64,000 nt of DNA from Lama guanicoe (Eukaryota). A program made the translations under genes and the position numbers. Every line of letters starts with the position of its first letter. Position 1 is the first letter of the stretch. The notes under the pieces are model-generated. The model worked only from the letters and a program-made list of their open reading frames with translations. It was not told the DNA's origin and did no database searches. The stretch is from the NCBI GenBank assembly GCA_013239625.1, contig MU053482.1:3495922-3559921 (forward strand), in the 5' to 3' direction. Shown piece after piece: positions 1-11,585 of the stretch.

Positions 1-659
1 AAATTTTGCTTTCGCTATTCAAATTTAATATATTGTATTTGAGGGGTTTTTTTTATACATTAAATATAGGAAAAGTACAATTGTACTAAAAAAGAAAAAC
101 TTAACAACTACTGTTTTGAATCTGAACCTATTTAGCAATGATAAATACTGTATTACATAGATATATGAAAGGAAATTGTTGAGGAAGGTCCATACTACTA
201 AAAAAAAATCTCTGAAGGCAACATTATATATTTTAAATATAGCCAAGTGGATTCAAACCAACTGTATCCAAAGAGAAATGAAGATTTTAGCTTAGAGGAG
301 GTCTCTAGAGTATTCAACATTAGTGATTTCTGGATTTCACAGACTAACAAAATCTCAAAGCACCACAGTGTTGCACACTTATTTTTAAGAATAGTTTCCA
401 AAAATAAACAAAAAAAACTTCTAAAACTAAATTTTTAAAAAGCACAATTTATAACCTGAGAAGTCAAAGGCTATATTAGAATAAAAGTCCTTTCCAAGAA
501 TGCAGTAACTTCACACTGACATATACTACATATACAGTACACTACTGTCCTTATTTTTCTTGTCTAATCCAAATGTGTGAAAACATCGTCAGAAGCCAAA
601 GGTTGTACACTGGTGTTAGGGAGCAACTGTTACACGGCCTTTTAAAAAATTAAATTCAA

Positions 660-1080
660 CAAGTACCACATGTCTGGCACTGTGCTATGTTCTGGGGATA
701 CAATGATGAGTACAAGAAACACAGTTCTTGCCACCACTGAGCATCTGATACAGTGGGGACAACAATCATACCAAGAAAGACATAATTACAAAATGGTAAG
801 TGTGAAGCCAAACAAGTACAGGGTACTACAAAAGCCTGTAAAAGGAGGACTTGACCTAGTCTTGTGTCAGGGAAGAAGTCCTTGGGCAAACAACTGATTT
901 GCTATCAGTCAGTTAGCCAGAGAAGAGGGACAGAGGCATGTCAAGGGGAGGACATTCCAGGCAAAGGTTATAGAAAGTGCCTAACATAGGAAGGGGTACG
1001 GCTGACTTTGAGGTAATTAAAAAAAAAAAAAAAAGCCAGAGTGACTAAAATAGAGAGGGAGAGAGGGAGACTGGCAACAA
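660..1080 (-). mobile_element. L2 LINE remnant (approximate)
   Basis: Motifs such as 'tgtctggcactgtgctatgttctggggatacaatgatgagtacaaga' and 'attccaggcaaagg' resemble antisense L2 3' sequence; assigned by eye. Confidence 0.55.
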
Positions 1081-1099
1081 GAGATGGGATGTTTACCAT

Positions 1100-1910
1100 T
1101 TTTGCTGATGTCCTGAAGACAAGACTACATGCCTGCCCAATCTGTGGATGATTAAAACTGGAATGAATGAAGATCTACTGAATACCACAATCAAGACTGA
1201 AAGGGGATACTGATTTTCTGAAATAGAATAAATTATATCAAATATGACTAAAAGTCAAATCCTGAATATGCTTTGAAAAGGCAACTGCACAAAAGCACAA
1301 GGGTAAGATATGCTTAAAAGCAATTAAAATTAAAAGGTCTGAGGGTATCAGTCAAAATAATTCAACAGTTAAGAGGCCAAAATGCTGAAATAATCCTGAA
1401 CTCTTGCTAGAAGCAAATGTCCAGAGGAAGAGCCTACCCACTGTGCTCTGTAATGGTTCTAGCACACTAAGTTCAGTAACCAGCTCTAAGGAGTCACACT
1501 TTTAAAGGGCACTAATCGCTTGAACATATTTAGGAGAGCACATAAGATGTTACAAATCTAGAAAAGGAAGCAATTTATTCTAGATAATCATAGTTCAGTA
1601 ACAACATGGAGCAACATGATAGGTTTGTTCAAATACTTCAAGAGCTTTCATGTGGAAGAGGAAGTAACAGTTATTTTATATGGTTACAGAGAACAGAACG
1701 GCCAAATTATAAATTAGGCAGATTTCGGGTCAATATAAGAATTTCCTATCATTCATAATTATCCAGCAGAGTTAAGAGCTACCTTGTAATGCCTGTGAGC
1801 TTGCTTTCATTGGAAATGTGGAGTTGTTTAAATAAAGATAAGACATTCATCTAATAAGTGTTTTATAGATTTCTGCTTGAGTAATAAGTGGAGAAGGTGA
1901 CCTCTAACCT
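1100..1910 (+). mobile_element. CR1/L3 LINE remnant (approximate)
   Basis: Decayed CR1-like RT motifs ('tttgctgatg', 'gatgattaaaactgga', 'tcatgtggaagaggaa', 'aggcagatttcgggtcaatataaga'). Confidence 0.45.
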
Positions 1911-2214
1911 AAAATTTCACTCCCAAAGTAAAACTTAAATTCCCTCTAGTGTTCCTGTACTAATCCAATCAAAATGCAATAAAATATTCCAATTAATCAG
2001 ACTGAAAACTTTAAACTTACACTTAAAATTCTTAACAAAGAAAAAATTAAACTTTTGAAATATATGGTTTTAATATTTTATGTAAAACATATAATAGTTT
2101 AATCAATGTGCCCACCAGATATTTTAAAAGATTTAGTTGCTTGTTTATTGAGTTAGGAAATGGTCCCTTTTGTTTCTACATTGTTTTGATCTGATGCCCT
2201 AATTTTGTTTTTTA

Positions 2215-2520
2215 TTTAAAAAAGTTTAATTGAAGTATAGTTGACCTACAATATCGTGTTAGTTTCAGGCGTACAGCAAAGTGATTTAGTTATATATATA
2301 TTTGATTCTTTTCCATTACAGGTTTTTACAACATATTGACTATTGATTCCTGTGCTATACAGTAAATCCTTGTTTACCTTTGGTAACCATAAGTTTGTTT
2401 TCTATGTCTGAGTCTTTTCTTGTTGTGTAAACAAATTTATTTGTATTAATTTTTTAGATTCTACATATAAGTGATATTATATTTATCTCTGTCTGTCTGT
2501 CTTTACTTAGTATGATACAC
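2215..2520 (-). mobile_element. L1 3' end fragment (artiodactyl type)
   Basis: 'tttaattgaagtatagttgacctacaatatcgtgttagtttcaggcgtacagcaaagtgatt' is the reverse complement of a typical artiodactyl L1 3' UTR and tail. Confidence 0.75.
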
Positions 2521-3052
2521 CCAACTTTCAATAAGGTTTACAATTTGAGGCAAGATACTAACTTGTTATCCTGAATTGCACTTGGTATCTGAGAAACCTG
2601 ATTATTTCTTGGATTAAAAGGGAACATTACCTAGAGAGTACTGAGAGAGCACGGAACAGTGGTTCTCAACCTGGTTCGGTGGAAAGGGCCTGTGATTTAC
2701 AGTTCATTTTGAATGTCACAAAATAATGATAAATATTAACATCCATCATGAGTATAAAAATATGGCTATGTAATCTACATGCGAAATAGAACTACAGCCA
2801 AGGGTGCATGTCTGTTCACAAAACAATGTGCTGAGGCCACCCTCTAGTCACCCACCCCAGGTTTTTCAATGTCCCTCTTTGGTGACTCTGCACATTCTTC
2901 CATCACAGCACACAACATCAGCTGGGTCACCTGACCATCCCCCTCTGTGAGCTTCTTAAGGGTGGCAGCTGTGTTCTCTCTAATGGCAGATACAGAAGCA
3001 CACAATAAATGTTTATAAATGGATACAGTAAATACTGTTGAGTTTGGGGGGG

Positions 3053-3841
3053 GTTTATTATTCACTTAGTAGTCTTGATTTTTGTTAACTTGTTCAGTCA
3101 TCTACTAATATCAACTTAGAAGCTGAAGTGAAAAAAACATGGAAAAAATATAAAATTATAAAAATTTATCATTAACATTTATGTGGACTGAGAAATATTA
3201 TTTGGTATGAGCAAAATACTCCCCCTAGATAATGAAACAGTATTAAATAAGAACTTTATTTGCAAACCACTTGCGTAGAACTCAGCAAAAGACAAATTTC
3301 TGGTCAAGATTTCTCAAAGAACTGGCAGCTCCCATACTACTGCATCACCTATAATTTAGTCCTTTATAACAGAATAACAATGTGCTTTCAAAAAACATTT
3401 GAAGGATTTTCTAAATAAAGAATAACCGTTATTTTGAAACACATAAGTTTATTATTCACTTAGTAGTCTTGATTTTTGTTAACTTGTTCAGTCATCTACT
3501 AATATCAACTTAGAAGCTGAAGTGAAAAAAACATGGAAAAAATATAAAATTATAAAAATTTATCATTAACATTTATGTGGACTGAGAAATATTATTTGGT
3601 ATGAGCAAAATACTCCCCCTAGATAATGAAACAGTATTAAATAAGAACTTTATTTGCAAACCACTTGCGTAGAACTCAGCAAAAGACAAATTTCTGGTCA
3701 AGATTTCTCAAAGAACTGGCAGCTCCCATACTACTGCATCACCTATAATTTAGTCCTTTATAACAGAATAACAATGTGCTTTCAAAAAACATTTGAAGGA
3801 TTTTCTAAATAAAGAATAACCGTTATTTTGAAACACATAAG
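3053..3841. repeat. Direct tandem duplication, 2 x 394 bp
   Basis: 'gtttattattcacttagtagtc...tttgaaacacataa' starts at 3053 and again at 3447; no differences seen by eye. Confidence 0.95.
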
Positions 3842-5299
3842 AATATCAAGGATTCCAAAAATGCCACATTCTCTAGTGGGTGGTAACATACACTTGATCA
3901 CTTCTTTTTCTAACAAATAAATTGCTGTAGTTCAAATACTCTTTATAAAGATACAAAAATCACAACATGGGTAACTAGGGAAAAAACCCTCCATGAAAAT
4001 TTAAGCCACATCCATTCATAAAAGGATTAAAGCAAAGATGAAAAGGGTGAAAGTGCAACAAGATGACTAGTTCACAAATACTGTAGTATTTAGAAAACCT
4101 CTCTGAAAACTGCTCTCCGTGAAACTTTGTATCAAATTCTTTATTTACAAAAGAGATATTTATAATTGAAATAATCAACTATTTTTACTGTTAAGGCTGC
4201 TTTAGCATCAGTGATAAAAACTAAGAACTACAAAGTAGGTCCCTAAAGTTACTATTTATTTTACTATTCATTGCTTACTCAAACTCTAGATCTGTAAACA
4301 GATCATCAGCTGTCCTGCAAGACAAGAAATTAACAGCAGCTATAATAGATCATATGAAACAATCAGACTAGTCAGTTACTAGGGTCGGGAATACATGGCC
4401 TGGGCTGAAAGATCTTAATCAGACAAAAATTGTATAGAAAGGAAAACAACAAAAGGATAGTAGTACTTGGAGACTGAAAACATGGATTTCTGGTATCACC
4501 AGTGTGTTTACTAAATACATTTCATACTCGGAAAAATGCACTAACTAGACTTGTAAGAATTCTCTCTGGACCTTCTCCGCATTTTTGGGAGGAAGAGGGG
4601 AAGGAAAGTGTGTCAAGTATATAGATGTGAGCTAAGAAAGATCAGGCCACACACACTAAATACAAAGTTCACTTACACCAAATGACAAACATATTCTGAA
4701 AACGTACAGTCATATCCTGGAAGAAAATATTTAGAAACTGTAGCCAGGCAGCATCAGAGGAAAAGAAAAAAATTCATACTATTTTTGAATTTCGAATTCA
4801 GAGCGCATTACTTCTTAGAAGGCTGACTTCAATACTGAGGTTGCTAATTTAGAATCGTTGCTCAGGCACACCTCTTGCCCCACATGAAAATTCCGAATGG
4901 ATGCATCTCATTTTATAGCAAGAAAAACGGGCGGGAGGAGGTGTAAAAGAATCAGAAGATATAAGAATTATAAACCATAGGAAGTGTCACGGCCGCGTTA
5001 TAAATAAATTTGGACGTATACCGCAATTTTAAAGAGGCTGGGAATACATCTGAACATAATAGTAAACCCACATTCTGTAACACGATACCAATAGCGGAAA
5101 GAAATCATTTCAACAGCAAACACAGGAGGCTCCTGTTTCAGGAATGATTACTACAATTAAGCAGCAAGGAACGGTCTCAGCTGGGTCTCACCGTAAGTGG
5201 TTTGACATGGTAAGGCCTTTGGGAAGGGGAGCAGCTTAAGCTAATTTAGAAAGGGAGGGAGGGTTAAGTAGACCAACTTGGCCATTTCTGAGCCACTGC

Positions 5300-6140
5300 C
5301 CAGGGACGGGTTTTTCTAACCTGGGGTGTCCAGTGCGGCGGAGGCGCACGGGCTTCTAGCAGCACTAGTGTTGACTAAACGCACCCGCCACCCTCCCGCC
5401 GCCCTCTCTGTCTCAGCCCCTCCTCAAGCGCACCTGCACTTGTAACCAACAGCTACGTCTGCTGGCGGACTGACTGCGCCGGCGGCAATATTCAAATCCG
5501 GATCCGCACTCGAAGAAGAAAAACTCTCTCCTGGTACCCTAGAACCTCCCCCAAACGGGACAAGCCACCTCCACGCCCTGCCACTGGAAACCGCCGGGTT
5601 AGAGACGGTGGGACCACAGAAGGCCCTCCCTAGCCAGCCCCGCGCCCTAAGGCGAGGCCTAGAAAGGGCGGCAGGGCCAGGCCTGTCTCCCCGCGGGAGC
5701 TCGGCGCGTCAGTGGAGGCCTGGCTGGCCTTTCTACTCCTGACCCGAGAGTTGGGAGGCAGCTGGGAAGAGAGGCAGCAACAGACCAGCGCTGCGGAGCT
5801 CACCCCAGGTTCAAGGCATCGCGCTTCCGGCTGCAGAGGCGCCGCCTCAGCCAGCCGCTCAGAACCTCGGGCGTTGGCGGCGGCAGCTCCGTCCGCGACC
5901 CGGTCGCACTTCAGTGACGCACAAGCCCCGCCCCCAGAGCGTTGCCTGGAGACAGTGCCCAACGTTCCTCCCCAGAGCTCAGCTCGCTGGCTTCGCTTCT
6001 CCTGAGCAGGAAAGGCCATTCGAGAGGGAAGGGTGGTGGCGAAGGCCAAGGAGTGGGTCGTGCCTTAGTGGCGCTGGGAGAGGCCTCAGCCTGGTGCCAT
6101 CTCCAGAGCCGGCTGTCGATGTGCCCAGCCGGTGACTGAC
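5300..6140. promoter_or_regulatory. CpG-island promoter (RNF141, possibly bidirectional)
   Basis: Sharp rise in GC and CpG content within AT-rich flanks. Contains ETS CTTCCGG near 5825, CRE-like TGACGCA 5915-5921, GC box GCCCCGCCCC 5925-5934 and RFX-like GTTGCCTGGAGAC 5941-5953. Confidence 0.85.
5804..5920 (-). other. RNF141: Non-coding first exon (5' UTR) of RNF141; 5' end approximate
   Basis: Strong minus-strand donor CTGGG|GTGAGC (GT at 5803-5802) inside the CpG island. Gene identity is inferred from the conserved mammalian order RNF141-LYVE1-IRAG1; no RNF141 coding exon was seen in the window. Confidence 0.7.
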
Positions 6141-6349
6141 ACTATGAGCCCTGGTTTGGTCAAGGGTTGAATTTCAGGCCACTATTTATTAGGACTCCAA
6201 CCTCCCACTGGTTATCACAAAGATCGTCTCGTTTCTTTATCGTTGGGGGCTGATAATGCTCACCTAGCTAGATTAAGAAGCATAAAAGAGAATATGTATG
6301 GGGGAGGGGAGTAAGAAAATAGCTTTTTTCTTTTTTTTAGAATGCACTT

Positions 6350-6560
6350 GAGCCTATATGACGACCAGTATAAAATAACCAGCAAGGTCCTACCATATAG
6401 CACAGGAAACTATATTCATTATCTTGTAGTAACCGATAATGAAAAAGTATATATGTGTGTAACTGAATCACTATGATGTACACCAGAGACTTAACACAAC
6501 ATTGTAAATCGACTACACTTCAATTTAAAAAATAAAAATTAAAACATTAAAAAAATTAAA
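6350..6560 (+). mobile_element. L1 3' end fragment (artiodactyl type)
   Basis: 'aaggtcctaccatatagcacaggaaactatattc...aacattgtaaatcgactacacttcaatt' followed by an A-rich tail. Confidence 0.75.
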
Positions 6561-6729
6561 ATAGTATGTTGTGACATCCTTCCCTATCAATAAATAGAAA
6601 ACCACATCATCAAAAAAAGAAAGAAAAGCAAAGAAAGAAGACCCAGTCTTAGATGAATCTGGGAGGTGGGCATTTTAATACTTTTTTATCCCATGACAAA
6701 TACAAAATCATAATCACTAACATATGTAC

Positions 6730-7370
6730 CCTCAAATAGAAACATCTGAAATTATACTGAAAGAAAAAAGCTAAACTCAAAAGGCTACAAACCGGTGGGA
6801 GGTTATAACTCAAGTGATAGAGCACATGCTTAGCATGCAGGAGGTCCTGGGTTCAATGCCTAGTACCTCCTCCAAAAGTAAATAAACCAAATACCTCCTG
6901 ACTCTAAAATAATAATAATAATAAAAGAACAAGGCTACAAACTGTATGATTTCATTTATAGAACATTCTCAAAATGACAAAGTTACAGAGATGGAGAACA
7001 GATTAGTGGTTGCCAGGGGTGAGAAATTGGGAGGGTAAGGGGAGAGAGAAGGACAGGGGTGTGACCCTAAGAGAGGGGTATTTGTGGTGATGGAGTGATG
7101 GAGCAGGGCTGTATCTTGATTATGGAGTTGACATACAAATTGACACATTATAAAATTGCATAGAACTTCAGACACACACAAGTGCATATAAAACTGGTAA
7201 AATCCGAGTAAGATTTGTGGATTGTACCAATGTCAATTTCCTGGTTTTGTTACAGTTATTAAAACATTACTATTGAGGGAAACTAGGTGAAGACTACATA
7301 GGACCTCTTTGTACTTTTAAAACTTACTGTGAATCTATAATTATTTCAAAATAAAATAATAATAAAAAAT
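6730..7370 (+). mobile_element. Old L1M 3' UTR fragment, interrupted by a SINE
   Basis: 'tgtatgatttcatttatagaacattctcaaaatgacaaagttacagagatggagaacagattagtggttgccagggg' is a typical L1M 3' end. Confidence 0.75.
6793..6930 (+). mobile_element. tRNA-derived SINE (camelid Vic-1-like)
   Basis: tRNA-like head with A box (taactcaagtgatagagc) and B box (ggttcaatgcc), (AAT)n tail, and a perfect 12-bp TSD aaggctacaaac at 6781-6792 and 6931-6942. Confidence 0.85.
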
Positions 7371-7759
7371 ACTGCAAAAAAATGCATAGAAAGTAACCGG
7401 CACGGGGTCCAAAATAGTAAGCCCTAGTAATGGCAGCTGTTATTATGAACACGTGTTGGCAATATCATGGCTTTTCAGAACACCTGTTGTCAATAATTGC
7501 TATCTATCAAGCATCTGTTGTATGCCAAATACTATACCAGGCACTTCACAGGCATTGCTCTTATTTAAGTAGTTCACTCAGTTACACAGCCAGTAAACAA
7601 CAGAGCAATGGTTTAAACCCAGGTATGACTGACACTATCGCCTTTATGCTTAGCAGCTAAATTAAACTACTTCTTATGCTGGTTAATGTTTCCACACATC
7701 CTTCCTCAGTCATTTGTAGATTTACCTTATGAAGAACTAATCTTGTCCTCTAATAATAG

Positions 7760-8000
7760 ATAAATATTTTTGATCATTTACTGTGTGCCAAACTCTGTTC
7801 TAAGTACTTTAAAGGTGCTCACTTAACCCTTACAGCAATCCTAGGAGGTAGGTTCTTACTAATACTCTCATTTCACATTTAAAGAAACAGGCTTAGAAAA
7901 GCCAATTAAGTTTTCCAAGGTCAACCAACCAGTAAGGAACAGAGGCAGATTCAAACCCAAGGTGACCAAACCCTGAGTCTGTACTTAAAGCTGTTGTGCA
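7760..8000 (-). mobile_element. MIR SINE
   Basis: MIR core 'ctcatttcacatttaaagaaacaggcttaga...ccaaggtca...gattcaaacccaag'. Confidence 0.65.
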
Positions 8001-8299
8001 AACTGCCTCTGAAAGATTGTAAAATTTCATCAGGGCCAGGTCCACGTATCTGTGTACTCCTTTTTGGTACATTATGGAGAGTGTACTGAGGATTGTTTCC
8101 CTGACAATCTGCACAAAGCCTGGCATGCAATAGTTGTTCAACATGTGAACCTTTGATGAATATTTGAATGTGGGAGAAACTAAGAGCTTAGTAATGATCT
8201 GTAAATAATGATTTAGTAATTTTTTTAAAAATCCAATTAAATTCAGCAAGTTCCTATAGTTGAGTCTAACCTGGGCCAGGAGTCAGAAATATTTCCTTG

Positions 8300-10340
8300 A
8301 AAAAAATTGCCTACAATTAAATATAGTGTTGGAGGGTCTAGTCAGTGGAATAAAACAAGACAAAGAAAAAATTTTAAAGCATCTAGATTGGAAAGAAAAA
8401 AGTAACACTGTATTTGCAGACAAAAATACTATGGGATTCTACAAAAGCAAGCCACTAGAACTGGAAGTGAGCTTAGCAAAGTTGTGGGATACCAAGTCAA
8501 TATACAAAATCAGTTGTGTTTCTCTATGCTACCAATGAATAATTAGATACTGAAATTTTAAAAATACCATTTAGCAGGAAATAAAAAAGCCCCCAAACAA
8601 ACAAACAAAAAACAACTTGGGGATAAATTTGACCAAATGTGAAAGACATAGAAACTGAAAACTACAAAATATTGAGAGAGAAATTAAAGCTCTAAATACA
8701 GTGACATCATGTTCTTGGATCAGAAGATACAATATTTTTAAGATGCCATTTAACTCTGAATTGATCTGTAGCCTTAAGACAAGTTCAATAGAAATTGGAA
8801 AATTTGTGGAAATTGCAAAGTTTATTCTAAAATTTCAATGAAAATGGAAAGGACCCAGAGTAGTCAAAACTTTGACCAAGAAAAACGAAATTGAAGGACA
8901 CACACTACCTGATTTCAAGACATTATAAGACATACAGTAATCAACACGTTGTGGTATCATTGTAAAGACAGATAAATAGAACAATATAACAGAATAGAGA
9001 GTCCAGAGATAGACCTACACATACCTGGTCAATTGATTTTCAACAAATATACCAAGTAATTCAATGGGGGACGGATAATCTTTTCAACAAATGATGCTGG
9101 AACAATTGGATAGCATATATCAAAAAATTAAAAAAAAAAAGAATCTTGATCCTTTCCTTATACCAAATGTAAAACTTAAAAGTGGATCATAAATCTAAAT
9201 TTAGGAGTTAAAATTATAAAACTTACAGAAGAGAACATAGGAGAAAAATCTTAGTGACCTCGGACATGGCAAAGATTAAGAACACGGCACAAAAACACAA
9301 TCCATAAAAGAAAAAAAATGGATAAATTTTAGTTCCTCAAAATTAAAACAACTGCTTTTCAACATACACTTAAGAAAATGAAAAGGGAAGCCATAGGCTG
9401 GAAGAAAGTATTTGCAAAACATATTTGACAAAGCTCTTCTAACTAGAATATGTTAAAAAAAAACTCATATAATTTAGTAAGAAAACAACTAATCTTTTTA
9501 AATGGACAAAAAATTTAAATAGACACTTCACCAAAGAAGATATATGGGTGACAAAATAAGCACATGAAGATATGCTTAACAGCATTATCACTGGGGAAAT
9601 GCAAATTAGAAGTACAATGAGATGTCACAGCACACCCTGGTCCCTAGAATGACCAAAATTTAAAAAGCTGATCATATAAAGTGTTGACTGGTAAGAATAG
9701 GAAACAACTGGAATTCTCAAATACTGCATGTTAAGAATGTAAAACTGATAAACTTTTTTGGGAAAAAGTTTGGCCTTTTTTAAAAGAGCTACATATATCT
9801 ATCATATGATCGAGCCATTCCACTAGGTATTTACCCTCAAAGACTTGTATGTGAATATTCCTGACAGAATTATTTGTAATTCTGCCCAAACTGGAAAAAA
9901 CTCAAATGTCCCTCAGTTGGTGAATGGAAAGTAAACTGTGGTTTAGCCACACAAAGGAATACTACTCAGGAATAAAAAACAAGGAGCAACTGATATACTC
10001 AACAACATGGGTGAATCTCAAAATAATTATTCTGAGTGAAAGAAGCCAGACTAGAAAACCATACTGTGTGATCCCATTGATAAAAAATTGTAGAGAATCC
10101 AACCTGTAGAGTGACACAAAGATCAGTAGTTGCTTGGGGTGGGAAGTTAAAAGGTGATGGGGTGGAGATGAGTAGGAGACTGGTATTACGAAGGGGTGGG
10201 AGGAAACTTCTTGGAGTGATGGATATGTTCATTTTCTTAATTATAGTGATGATTTCATAGGTGTATACATATGTCATAACTTCTCAAATTATGCACTTTT
10301 ATCATGTGCGGTTTATTATAAGCAAATTATACCTCAATGA
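8300..10340 (+). mobile_element. Decayed L1M: 3' part of ORF2 plus 3' UTR
   Basis: Continuous L1 ORF2-like sequence with many disruptions; ORF 9924..10109 carries the ORF2 C-terminal motif 'EYYSGIK...TTWVNLKIIILSERSQ'. Confidence 0.85.
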
Positions 10341-11408
10341 TATTGGGAGGGAAAAAGACATATCTATTTAAAATTTAAGAGGCTTCATATTTCAGGCTAA
10401 TCTAAGCCTGGAGTCAGGAAAATCACTCTGCAAATTGCCTTCAATTTTATAAAATAGGGCCAGTACTCTTTTATACCTCATGGAGAGTATAGTGAGGATT
10501 AGACTATAGGCAAGACTACAAGACTGAAATATTTTTAAATTAGTATTGAATTAGTGTTTTTATTGACATCTCTAGATGGTTCTTTCTCCTCACTACAGCT
10601 TTTTTCTTAACTTTGCACAAACACAATGAAGTAGCTAGAAAGTAAAACAGAGTAAGACAATAAGAATTATCTTAAATAGAAGAGGTTAGAAATTCTCTCT
10701 GAAATAGGACTTGTGACGTTGTTTTGTACCAAGATAAGGAAACCTTTATTTTTCTTTCTATGTAAAAAAAAGTAGGGGAAAAAATGTTTATAGGAAACCA
10801 TGAATATAAATGTGAATAGTTATGGGAGAAGAAACCTGTAAGTTAATTCTTTTATAAGAAGAAGGATCCTTTTGTAAAGAATCTTGCTATTTGTAACGTG
10901 TCAGTTTGTATAGGTATTTTCCAGTTAAAACACAGATGCTTCAGTAAAATTGTAGTAAACATAGTCTTGTGGTGAAGACCAGGAAAATTTGAGAGACTTT
11001 TGAACTATTTTTCTAGGACAGTATGTCCAAGGCCTCCGGCTTTTTGTAAGGTCACTAAACACCTGTGACAGGACTGTGGGAATATATGAGGAAGGCTTTT
11101 AGTGGCTATGGATTGTAAACATTTTTAACTTCCTGTATGTAATTCATAAAATCACAAAATTGAAAGAACTGTCTAATAAATCATTTGGTCCAACATTCTT
11201 CTTTTAGAGATGAGGAAACTGAGAGCCAAAGATGGGAAATGACTCACTGAAGGACTACAGAACAAGTTAACTACACCGGGTTAGAATTCAGATTTTCTAG
11301 CCACTAGTCTAGTGTTTTCCCTCACAATGTATTAACTGCTTTTAATTAGATCAGTGCAGAATACAGAGGAAAAATGAGTCACCTACAGTCAAGATTGGAG
11401 CTTCATCA

Positions 11409-11585
11409 GTTTATACTATATAGTACAAGGAAGTATATTCAATATCTTGTAGTAACCTATAATGAAAAAAGGACATGAAAACGAATATATGTATGTATGA
11501 CTGAAACATTATGCTGTACACCAGAAACTGACACAACATTGTCAACTGACTATACTTCAATAAAAAAGAATACAAATTTAAAAAA
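11409..11585 (+). mobile_element. 5'-truncated L1 3' end with TSD
   Basis: Artiodactyl L1 tail flanked by gagcttcatca at 11398-11408 and 11592-11602. Confidence 0.8.

Noticed and set aside
1..5800. RNF141 coding exon
   Set aside because: No reading frame resembling the RNF141 N-terminus was seen; exon 2 presumably lies left of the window.
5630..6139. Several ORFs of 65-139 aa at the CpG island
   Set aside because: Stop-poor GC-rich sequence produces chance ORFs on both strands; no recognisable protein, and they cross the exon 1 donor.
6797..6870. tRNA-Ala-like sequence
   Set aside because: It has an A/T-rich tail, a 12-bp TSD and mutated stems, so it is a SINE rather than a tRNA gene.
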